Shown in pieces: positions 53,812 through 64,000 of a DNA stretch of 64,000 nucleotides. Origin of the DNA: Balanoglossus misakiensis. Lineage: Eukaryota; Animalia; Hemichordata. A program made the position numbers and the translations under genes. The notes beneath the pieces are model-generated. The model was not told where the DNA came from, searched no databases, and saw nothing but the letters and a program-made list of their open reading frames with translations. How positions within the stretch are numbered: position 1 is the stretch's first letter; each line of letters starts with the position of its first letter. The DNA lies in assembly GCA_040954595.2 (NCBI GenBank), contig CM082576.2, forward strand, positions 2,578,760 to 2,642,759, written 5' to 3'.

Positions 53812-54759
53812 CTTGAAAACTATTCTCCACTGGTGGAACTGAGCAAGAATAGAGAGAAACCTTGAATTATTAATGACGGAGACTGGAGAAAATGCGTGGG
53901 CTGTACATTTTTCTTTCTTTCAAATTTTGACCGTTATCATGTGGTGGGTATGTCAACACCACATGTCGTACATGTACATATATGTAGATATGTCGTGATA
54001 GGCCAATATTATACAAATGTAACACAAAAAGGTGTTAACAAACTTTTAAAAAAGAGAGACTAAACATGTGTATCAGTAAGAGTAGATAAGAATGTTGATG
54101 AATTTTCTATCCTTATTTTCCAAAGTGCAAAAGGTGAACACTCTCAGAATATTATATCTAACACCCAATATTACCCTTCAAGGCAATTGTAACTTTCCTT
54201 TCATAAACTTGAAGTATTTTAGCAGGTCTCTCTATATACATAACATGTACTAACCAAGTGGCCAGGAAGAGATGTATATTCTGAATAATACATTGTGATT
54301 TTTTTTTAAAAGAGCCAAGGTTTCATAATGACAAATGGAATGCGCAATGATATCCAGAGATATCATGAGAAAACACAAAACTATGTCTTCTGGGTTTACA
54401 CTGAGAGAACTTGATATCTTTCTGGTGGTGGAAATATGAACACAATGTCAATGGTGACGTTTGTTAATTTCTACCGGTTACCACTTGATGCACGATTGCA
54501 GCTACAGTGTCCAGATGCAAAACGTGCAAACACGAGTATATACAATGTACACTCACAATGTTAGTCGGGTGCATCGTGATTACTCAAGTCAATGTCCTAG
54601 CCATCATACATTATGTACATACGCCTGCAGGCTGCACTGCACCACAGTATTCAGTAAACAACAGAAACGAACAACATACGCTAGCCCATTTTACAAAGTA
54701 TAAGTTCCATTACCTCTTTGATTTTGCTGTCACAGCTGCACTGCAACCAATATGAAATC

Positions 54760-55291
54760 GCTACACTCCTTACTGGTGCGTTGATGTGGTGCAAATATCG
54801 GTACTATGGTCCGATTCTGACACAGCCGATTGAATTCACGTAACAGTACCGATCGAGGCGTTCCTGATCCTAGTCAAGCTCTATTCGTTATGGTCACCTG
54901 ACAGACGAAACACAGGACGTGAACTGTTGAACTTTGTCAGTATGTACATTCGTAAAATTGGGGGATACTTTTAGCTTTTACGTAAATTAAAATTCCATAA
55001 ATCTACGTCTGTAATTTTACTAGCTGTCAACTCCGATTGCTTAACATTTAAACAAAATAATATAGTGAAAATGACATTAATTTTGTGATGATATTATACG
55101 AATTTTATGACTACAAATGTTGTCGTACATATTTGCCTTCCTGGAGTTTGTTGACGTGACATTACTATCCGGAAGCGAAGCATTGTAGGTGTTCGTGTTC
55201 AAGTTTAGGACCAAGACTGGACCAGGCCAAAATTAGTCAGTATAGTACGTGGTGACATCAAGATCGTGACTGACCTTGGTGGTATATAGAC
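54760..55291. promoter_or_regulatory. Bidirectional promoter FRMD8 / SAYSD1
   Basis: Head-to-head genes, locally CpG-rich, with TGACGT (CRE half-site, ~55152) and CCGGAAG (ETS, ~55169). Confidence 0.55.
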
Positions 55292-56259
55292 ATGGAATCG
55301 CAGTTAGCTGCGTATCGAGCCAGAAAGGCAAAGGAGGGAAACTACAAATTTACAGCTACAGACTTGAGTGACAAAACAGCTGCTGATCACCTTACCTGCC
55401 AAAAAGAAGTTGAAACGCACAGACTGAACGTACGTACAGCACACTCTGCTCTCGAACGGCTTGATTTATCCTAACATTTTACTCATGGTCAAACACAGTT
55501 GAGTTGACCGTCCCACGCAGTGCCCCTAATTGCCTCGTTGACATCCGCCACCATCAGGTACCAATCACCACTTCTGTGGAAATCCGACACTACGTGACGT
55601 CATTTGTTTATGGTCGAATACCCCGGTCACACCAGGTGATTTCTTTGACGAAGCGTACATACCTATGACGTATAAATTAAAATCCGAATATTTCCCATAA
55701 CAGTGTTTTTCTCACCTTTACGTAGTCTAATCAAGCAACTTACCTTTCATCAAAGTGGAAAAATACTTCACTGACGAAAAACGTGTATCACAGAAAAAGA
55801 GATGGGAGAGAATCTATTTCATCAATGTAAGATGTGACAACCAGTTTCTCTTTTAGACATAACAATCACATATTCTAGTCATGATTGTGCCTTCACTGTT
55901 TATCTTTACAGGCTGACACCAACATTGCAGATGGAAGCTCAGGACAGCATGCAGCACTTCCATGGATAACACAGTTTCTGCAGAGACACAACATCATATT
56001 GACAAAACCATTGTTCCTTAAAGTCTTGCTCTGGTGTATACTCTTTGTCCTGTTTGTCATCCTGGAATTTGCAGCTGTCTTTTTCATCTTGACTTTGTTT
56101 TATCTCGTCTACGCCAGCATGAGGAGTGGCGTTGCAAGGAAACCAGGCGAACTCAGTGCCTATTCTGTGTTCAATCCAAACTGTGAGAGGATTGATGGTA
56201 CGTTGACAGCGGAACAGTTTGAGAGGGAGATGATGTATGGTCCTGGGTCTGTCAAGTAG
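55292..56259 (+). CDS. SAYSD1: SAYSvFN domain-containing protein 1; exons 55292-55429, 55912-56259
   Basis: N-terminus MESQLAAYRARK, hydrophobic hairpin LLWCILFVLFVILEFAAVFFILTLFYLVY, and the diagnostic GELSAYSVFNPNCERIDGTLTAEQFERE. Phase-0 GT..AG intron. Confidence 0.95.
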
Positions 56260-57265
56260 ACCAATGGGACATATCATCACAAATCATGTTAGTTGACTCA
56301 ACACTGTCATGCAATATTCATTCATACATTGGATTCTGCAGCTTTATTTGATGTCACAAGCTGGTCAAATTTGCTGGTCACTTCTCTATCTTCCTCTGTT
56401 GAGGGCGCTGTTCAACAGGACTTGCACACCAAGAGCAAACAAACTTGTAACACACATCACGGTCTCACTCTACATAATGTCACCATGAAAGAGTCACAAA
56501 TGTACACTATTTACCATATTTACAACCTTTTATTCTGTTCCGTGATTACATTACCATAATATACATTTATTTCCAGACGTTGTGTAGTACCCCTTTTACT
56601 GCTGGAAAATATTCAACAAGAACTTTTGATGAACTCTTGTTCATCTCCCATCCCATCTACCAATTCCCACGCTGTCTGTAGCACCAGTGAATTCTCTGTG
56701 GTACAAATTAATTAAAAACGACCTCATGAAGTAATGCATCCCCGACCTGTATCTCAGAAAAAAAATCATGCAGAAGGCAGGGCACTGCCTCTTTATAAAG
56801 CTATGGCATTTTAATACCACTGGGGAAAATTCTTGCCAAGACAATAACTTAAATTTTTTAAGAAGCTGGGACGATTCTTGCCACAAAACAAACCCCCAGT
56901 TCATTGGTGATGTATGAACAAAATAACAAATGTTTGACTGTGTGGAAAGGGGAACCCCTGAAAAAAAATCCATCACTATAACAAATCTCTGCCTGTCTAT
57001 GCAAGCCCATGACCATGATCGTGCATATCCAAATACAGCAAATTCTCAGTCCCTCACATGCAAACAAGATACAAAGTCCTGAATAAAGCCTTTGTAAGTG
57101 GAAATACCAGACTGTTCACTACCCCAAAATCATTGCAAAGTTTGAGCTTTGTGTCCACTTATGGCAGATGTAACACAATTCAAAAGATTCTTGGTTGTCT
57201 TGGGTTGTTCTGCAGAGGTCTTTCACCTATGGTCTCAGCTCAGATTGACCATGCTGGAGCCCGGG

Positions 57266-60200
57266 CTAGGAGTGTGTTGCAGCAGACTTGACCAATACTG
57301 AGAGCTCGTCATAAATAGGCACACTGGAGCTAGCTATGCCAAACTGTTCCATCTGTTGAGAAAAATGATCAATTCGAAAATTATCAAGACTATTCTGGCC
57401 TATTACCTTCCACCGATTTAAAAAGGTAAAGTTGGGAGTATGATTCATTCTTGACTAAACAATGATAAATTTTCACTCTTCTTGCTACGTGTGAAGACAA
57501 CATACACATGTACTTACAGTTTCTGAGAACTGCCGAACATCCAATGCCAGCTGTAGTCTGATCTTATCATCATCGCTCATCCCATCTGCGCTGAAATTAC
57601 TGACTGATGTCACTTTTCGCATCTTCAGCTTCTTTAGACTTTCTTCCATCTTTTTCACAGAGTCCAGTACATCTGATGTCACACCCAAGTACCTTTGAAT
57701 TAAAAAATGACCATGGTGGTCAGGTTTGATTCAAGACAAGTTCTATAACTGGACTCTCACAGCCCTTGTAAACTAAGAGGTTTCTCTAAGGCCCCTGTGA
57801 TAATAAAAGACATGACTTACTCTTTTGTCAGGTGAGTCAGCACACCGACCAACCACTTTTCTCTTCTCTCCTGTGACAACTTGTCACCATTCTCATCCAG
57901 AAACACTTGGATTGGTTTCATGACATTATCCACATACACTGAAGACTTACTAGGGACCTGTAATTGGCAGAGAGTTACGTAAGGAGTCAGAGAGTGAGAC
58001 ACAGAGAGACTCGTCTCATTGTGAAATCCATGAATGTCTATTGTCTATAACAATGTGGATGTCTGTTACCTCTCTGTTTGTTCTCCTATACAGTCTGGGT
58101 ATGTCGTTGACAGCCTTGAAATGGACACTGCATGATACTTTGATTTCGTTGCTGATGTACTCTGTGATCTTTGGAATGCAGTGTATGATGGCTTCCCGAG
58201 CCTCATTCATTGCTTCTGAAAACAAGAATCCCACGTTCACATCAAGTCATATTTATTCATCAACATGTGGCTTTAGATTGTGCACTAATGTTAAGAATTG
58301 AGAGACAGTGGATCATTTCGCTCATTTGCAATAAGGTCTTATCATACCTTCAATGACAGTGAAATCTTTACAGTTCAGCGTCATCAGTTTGGGTTGCATC
58401 ATTGTCTTCAACAGATCAGGAAGCTGTGAAGAAAAATAAATAGAAAGATGTCAACCTATTTCCATTGTTTCAAGCAATGCATATGAAGATTTTTTATCTA
58501 CTGATTGTGGCAAAACCTAATCCATCACCACACACCAAGACCATCATACTGTAACACACTATAACTGTGAACATGTACCAAATGCACTTACCTTGGCGTG
58601 TATTTGATCCAGATCAGCAATCAGAGATATCAGCTGGGACAGTGTAATTGGTGGACTTGCTGGGACAGGGTCTTCGCGCTGCAACCCAGGTGTCCGTTTC
58701 TTGCTCTCTGGTGACAGCTGCAATACATCAGTTACCATGAACTTTTGTTGTGGACAAGACTATACACAGTGGTTTTTAATAATTTTGGGGGCAAATCTGA
58801 GATAGCTACAATCATACACATACAACACACTGTTGAGAATTAGATGGTTGTACTCGATAGCACACCTTTTAACTCCCTTCACTTACTTCTTTATCATACA
58901 TTTCCTGAATCCATATGGAACATCTGGACAGAAGCTGCAGAGTGAGTTTCCAGAATCGATGGCACAGCGCCGGCAAGAAGACTTTGTCAGCCCAACACTG
59001 GGTGATACAGTGCCACAAAACATGACTGGCATTCAAGTGAAAATCGGACTCCTCTGGAAAATAAAATTGGAAAAAAGTCGAGGGTGATATTAGTTCATTT
59101 GTACTACTGACTATGTTTGATTCCCGAGTTTTGCTGAAGTTTCCTCGGCAACAGTGAGAGGGGTGGCTTTGAAATACAAATATTTTTCAAATTCTTTGAG
59201 ATCAAATGAACTCACTCCCATCTTACCTTGGACATTGTTGAAAGGAGTTAACAAAGCTGTCTCGAAAGCCCCAGCAATCTCTTGAAATCTGTAAATATAC
59301 AGAATTTGGCATAAATCTGAAGTGCTACACTACAAGATACCAAATCATGCCAGGTACCAAATCATGCCAGGTTTGGATAAGTAAGGGCTACTCTGTGAAC
59401 AGTTTACCTTATTTGGAAGTAGACTGGAAGACTCCATTTACTCATGAAGGTGTTGTAGCTCAGATGGGCACGCAGTCTCTTCACGCTGGCCAGGGAGCCA
59501 CAGTGTCTCTCAAAGGAAGACAGAAACTCCATGCTCAACAAGTATTTCTGTGGAAAATGTAATGACAAAACAAGTTTGATACATTTGATTATGTAATGCA
59601 AAGTAAATGTATCATATGAAAGCCAAAAAATGATCCAATCCCCAATACAACCATTGCAGTCCCAATCTGATTTCATGAATGTGAGTACCAAGTCTACATA
59701 ATAAACTCCCAAATGCAAATATGTGTCCTCACCTGGTGAAATACGTCAGGATTACCAGGTGCAAATATTGATGATGTGTGTACTTCTAAACTTGCCACAA
59801 TTTCCGGCCAGACTGCGTTGACTAGGAAATCGTACCCTCTCACGACATCTTGATTTCCACCACTACGCAATGAAACATAGACAGAATATGCAAACCTTGC
59901 TCTAAAGCCACAAGTTACAACCCATACAGTTAATGAAAACACAAACTGGTACAGTCACAATTTTGAATGGATGTTTCGTGTATACTCTAGCTGTTGCCAG
60001 ATGTTTACTTTCAGTTGTAGTCACACAGAACCACATGAATGCACAATTATATATTATCCTGCAAACTGCATAGAAGTGCTGGTACCCACTCTTCCAAGTT
60101 GACAAACCCAACAGATGACAGATCTGACACTGGGGGTTAAATTGTTACACCACGAAAAATAATATGTCATCACATTTCTTTGACAAACTGTGCAACTCTG

Positions 60201-62605
60201 ACTACCTCTATCTTAGAAGCTGAGCGAGGATGGAGTCTGCTGATAATTTTACAGAGTCTGTCCTGAATGAACTGGACATGTTTAACACTGAAGCAGACCC
60301 TAAATGGTCACCCACAGAAAACACAGAGGTGAATGTTCCTATGGATAAATCCACAGCAGAAGGCATAGAAGATGACTCTATTGAGAAGGAACCGGTCACA
60401 GCAGATGAAACAGCTGTGGTGAAGGAGCAATTCCGGAGAGAGGAGTTTGCCAGAGTGTATGCCAGGCTTACTATCACTGAAACTGCATTTACCCCTGAAA
60501 CGTTAAAAGAATCTGCAGAAAACATCCCTGCTGAACCTACCCCACAAGGTGAGTCAATGGAATTGCATCAACACTGAGTACCAGCACAATACAGTGAGTT
60601 TAATGGTGCGGCATGTGTTGTCATAAAGCAAGTGAGCAGTGCAAATATCTATACGACCCCCCCCTCCTCGTTAAATTTACTTTGTGACGTTTCCTGCGAA
60701 GCAGACCTGTCCAATAGTAAGTGGCTGGAAACAGGTTCAGTTGGGTTACTTCAATCACAATGTGTGTACTGTACCTGTGAATAGGCGATGTGACTGCTCT
60801 GATGTGCTGACAATTCTTGGGTATAAACTCCAGTATTTTGTTGTACATTCCTTGCAGTCCCTGGGGATTGTTTTGGATGTACTGCTCTGATATGACCTGG
60901 TGATGGAAATATTTCTACAGTCAACAACACTGACAAACTGTTTATATAAATAAATACCACAGTGCCAGACTAGTAAATCAAACAATTGACAATTTCCAAT
61001 CAATCTCACCTCGTCCATGTAGGGCTTGACAACCAAGTTTCTAAACAGCATCTCAGCATCCTTGGTCTTATCAATTGTAGCATAGGTACGCAGACACTGT
61101 CTAAGTACAGGTAGATTTCCAGTCTCAAGACCCGTCTCAAAAGAATCTTCCAAATTCATCTGCAGGGTCGTCGTTATGACAGCAATTCTCTACACACAGA
61201 AAAACATGAAAATATGAATTATTTAGATATAAAAAGTCGTAGTAGCTTTTTTTTCTTTTTAAATTTATATCGACGTTTAAATTTATTTTATGTTGGTTTG
61301 ACAATATATTTTGATGGGAAGAGTACAGTAACATTCGGTACTTACAGGTCTAATACTTTCCACAAGTGGTAGTCCCTTACTCTGCGTCACATAGAATTGT
61401 AACTGGTTGAACTCTGACGCTACTCGTTCTATCAGTTGACCTGTCAACTCACTGCAAGCAAACAACAACAACAAAACAGACAATTCAGTGCATATTATGC
61501 ATGTTCAATGCCATGCCTGCTGTCAAAACAATCCTTATCCTCAACAGAATTATGACAAATAATTGTTAAACAAACTGACCTGTGTGGAACATGCTCTAGT
61601 CCTTCACCTGACTTCTGAATTTGAAGAATTTTTTCCATCTTATCCACTGACTGGATGATGTTCTGTAACCTCAGCAGTGTAGCCTGTATTGACAAGATAA
61701 GAAATATTAATTGAGTGAATAAAAACTACAATTCCAGGTCAAAATAGTCTGGTAAAAGGTTTATTGGAGAGGCCATTCCACTCACCTTCCGTTTCCTTAT
61801 CTCAGATCTGGCTGCTAGCTTCTTCTCAACAACTTGGATAGCCTCATTCATGGCATTACGAACACTCTGTTTTGACAAAAGTCAAGAATTTTACTGATGA
61901 TCATGTTTTGCCAAGTTAGGATGAGTAAAGACTGTATTAATTAAAGTCTGGAATATTTTATATTTATGCACTTATAACATGAGTCAGAAATGCAAGTTCA
62001 GTTCCTGTACAAAAAGACTTACAAGAACCTCTTCTCTAAGCTGACCCAGAGGAACTGACAGGTTGTTAATGGCTTTGTCCATACCAACCTAGAAAAGAGA
62101 AACAAATTGGAATTTAACGACAATAACGTGGTATTTTTCAGACACGACTGAATTTTGATACCTCAGTTTTATATGAGCAATACAACTTCTCATAATGACC
62201 AAAATCACCAGGCTGGTACTGAACTCAGAAGGATAATACCAATTGACCAAATTATAGATCTTGAACTTCACTTTCACAGATACCCACGATAGGAAATGAC
62301 ATACCAAATTAGATGAAAGGTTCACAAAGTCGGCATAATCTTTGTTGATCAGCTCTACCATTGCACTTTTCAGAGACTTGAAATAGGTATCCAGGTCCTC
62401 CCTCAGTGTTTCCAGTGGAACATGTCGACGACACTCCGCAACAAACTGATCAACATCAAAGTTATCCTAGGCAGACAGTACATTACAATTAATGTTACAT
62501 GGTCATTGACACTGATTACATGAAATCTTCACTTATCTTGTAACACCTAGTAAATGATTAAACATGACCCATGATGATGAGGCCTGTATTCATTCACATG
62601 ATCAC

Positions 62606-62693
<88 letters not shown>

Positions 62694-62954
62694 CATGGCC
62701 GTGTGCCTCCACACCACACAGAGCTAATGACGATGGTACTGGTACTCATTTATTGTTTGCTGCAATAAGCCCTGATAATTTGCCATTGTACACACCAGTT
62801 CAACAAATCAACGCTGTGTGAAAACAGTAGCTGCATACAAACCCCATCGTACAGCATATAAACTTTTCCTACCTACCTCCATGAACACATTTTTGTCAAA
62901 GCACAAGGATGTAGGTGCACTACATATTATAAGGCCACTCTTGTCACTTTCCAT
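57266..62954 (-). CDS. COG2: Conserved oligomeric Golgi complex subunit 2, 18 coding exons
   Basis: LCFDKNVFME/DNFDVDQFV..LREDLDTYFKSLKSAMVELINKDYADFVNLSSNL/VGMDKAINNLSVPLGQLREEVL, LIERVASEFNQLQF, CLRTYATIDK, YDFLVNAVWPE..IFAPGNPDVFH, KWSLPVYFQIR/FQEIAG, HRFWKLTLQLLSR, DIPRLYRRTNRE/VP, DVLDSVKKMEESLKKLK, MSDDDKIRLQL. Stop at 57268-57266. Confidence 0.96.
60230..60548 (+). CDS. Putative coding exon of unknown function, antisense within COG2 intron 8
   Basis: Acidic 106-codon reading frame with a good Kozak context (AGGATGG), an upstream branch/acceptor (CTCTGAC..CTCTATCTTAG|, 60216) and a strong donor CAAG|GTGAGT (60549). No recognised homology. Confidence 0.45.
62607..62690. repeat. (GAT)28 microsatellite in COG2 intron 1
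   Basis: Perfect 84-nt trinucleotide run. Confidence 0.95.
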
Positions 62955-63449
62955 TATAACAGGTTTCTCTTTTATTATTGGCAAGTTCTGTTATTCACGA
63001 TCTTCCCATCAATACATCCACTCTTCCACGTCAACTCGATATGGAAAATGGCGCTCATATGACCCTTGACCTTTGGTGTTTTGAGATGAGTTCGAGCTTC
63101 GAGCGCCCTCCACGTAAAATTGGCTAAACGATGTACCGCGAAAAGCAAATTCACGCATTTTTCACGACGGATTTTGACACTGATGCATTCTTACACCACA
63201 AACGACCTTGTATTTTTGCACTTAAGGCTAAGCGATACAGTGTAGTGGAGAATCTCTCTTTGGAAGGTCAACACCGTTTCCAAGGCAAGACGGTTCACCT
63301 TTACCACCTTCGGAGAAAGTGGAACATTCTCTGACGACATTCATATGCAAATAAAGGTGCACATAATTAATGATTCATAGGTGAGCCTCAAGTAACCTCC
63401 GGGAGAAGAGGGACGGCAGGATGCCTGAAACTGAAGTTGAAATAGAAAA
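62955..63449. promoter_or_regulatory. Bidirectional promoter COG2 / downstream gene
   Basis: CpG-rich, with AAAATGGCG (YY1-like, ~63045), GCGCCCTC (63103) and an ATGCAAAT octamer (~63345). Confidence 0.5.
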
Positions 63450-63456
63450 ATGGCGG
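63450..63456 (+). CDS. Probable first coding exon (ATG GCG G|gtaagt) of an unidentified gene divergent from COG2 that runs off the window
   Basis: AAAATGGCGG|GTAAGT consensus donor in a CpG-rich region ~500 bp from the COG2 ATG. An alternative ATG at 63421 (MPETEVEIEKWR, phase 0) is also possible. Confidence 0.45.
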
Positions 63457-64000
63457 GTAAGTAACATATAAAATATAAATTTTTATATTAGAATAATTAA
63501 TGAAAAATGTGTGCTTTCGTACGTGTTGCCATCAAGGTGATTACTAAACCTCCGATAGATTTTTGTGTACATTGCATTGTACATCTAGAGATGCATGTTC
63601 TGGGACATCACCATAACATACATAGGTGTACGAGAAACCCTCGAAGGCCCATGTTTCTTGTAAGTCAAAACGAAAAATGAGATCAATCTGTTTATCAGTT
63701 CGTCCACGCAGTTAATAAATATATTTGATGAGTTATAAATGCGATGAAACAGAATACATGACCAAAGCATTTGCCTTACACTGGTTGTCAACGCTCTCCT
63801 TTTTTAAGCAGTGGAGGTGAGAGCTATGAAGGTGTTCAATAAGCCCCCTTGATATGTAAATTACGTTTCACTGATATGGTTTAAAGACTCCACTGCTTTT
63901 TAAAACAGTATAACTCGAGTTTTCTAAACTTGGTAAAACATTCTTTATTTAGATCGTTTATGAATTTATAATTTACGACGACAGGCCAAAATGTTGAATG

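Noticed and set aside
58833-59087. + strand 84-aa ORF inside COG2
   Set aside because: Antisense shadow of a COG2 exon (EESDFHLNASH..FWKLTLQLLSR).
62571-62768. Poly-Asp ORF
   Set aside because: By-product of the intronic (GAT)28 microsatellite.

Overview
Eukaryotic, intron-rich, AT-rich genomic DNA from an invertebrate animal. A non-vertebrate deuterostome such as a hemichordate, echinoderm or amphioxus is plausible, but this is inference. By manually splicing ORF fragments at GT..AG junctions I recover six complete protein-coding genes: a divergent NR1H (LXR/FXR/EcR-type) nuclear receptor (+), TANGO1/MIA3 (-, about 30 exons), Pellino (+), FRMD8/iTAP (-), SAYSD1 (+) and COG2 (-). There is also a probable first exon of a seventh gene (+) at the right edge. 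The genes alternate between head-to-head and tail-to-tail pairs. The most striking non-genic structure is a young 3.56-kb foldback-type DNA element with ~380-bp near-perfect TIRs and a TSD. It has split the TANGO1/Pellino bidirectional promoter and carries nested LINE fragments plus a TTAA-flanked MITE. Other notable signals are a coding-like antisense exon (plus a possible 12-nt microexon) in a COG2 intron, a GAGGGCGC (CTCF-like) motif at every convergent gene junction, and an altered P-box in the nuclear receptor. No rRNA, tRNA or CRISPR was seen. Exon coordinates were read by eye and may be off by a few bases.
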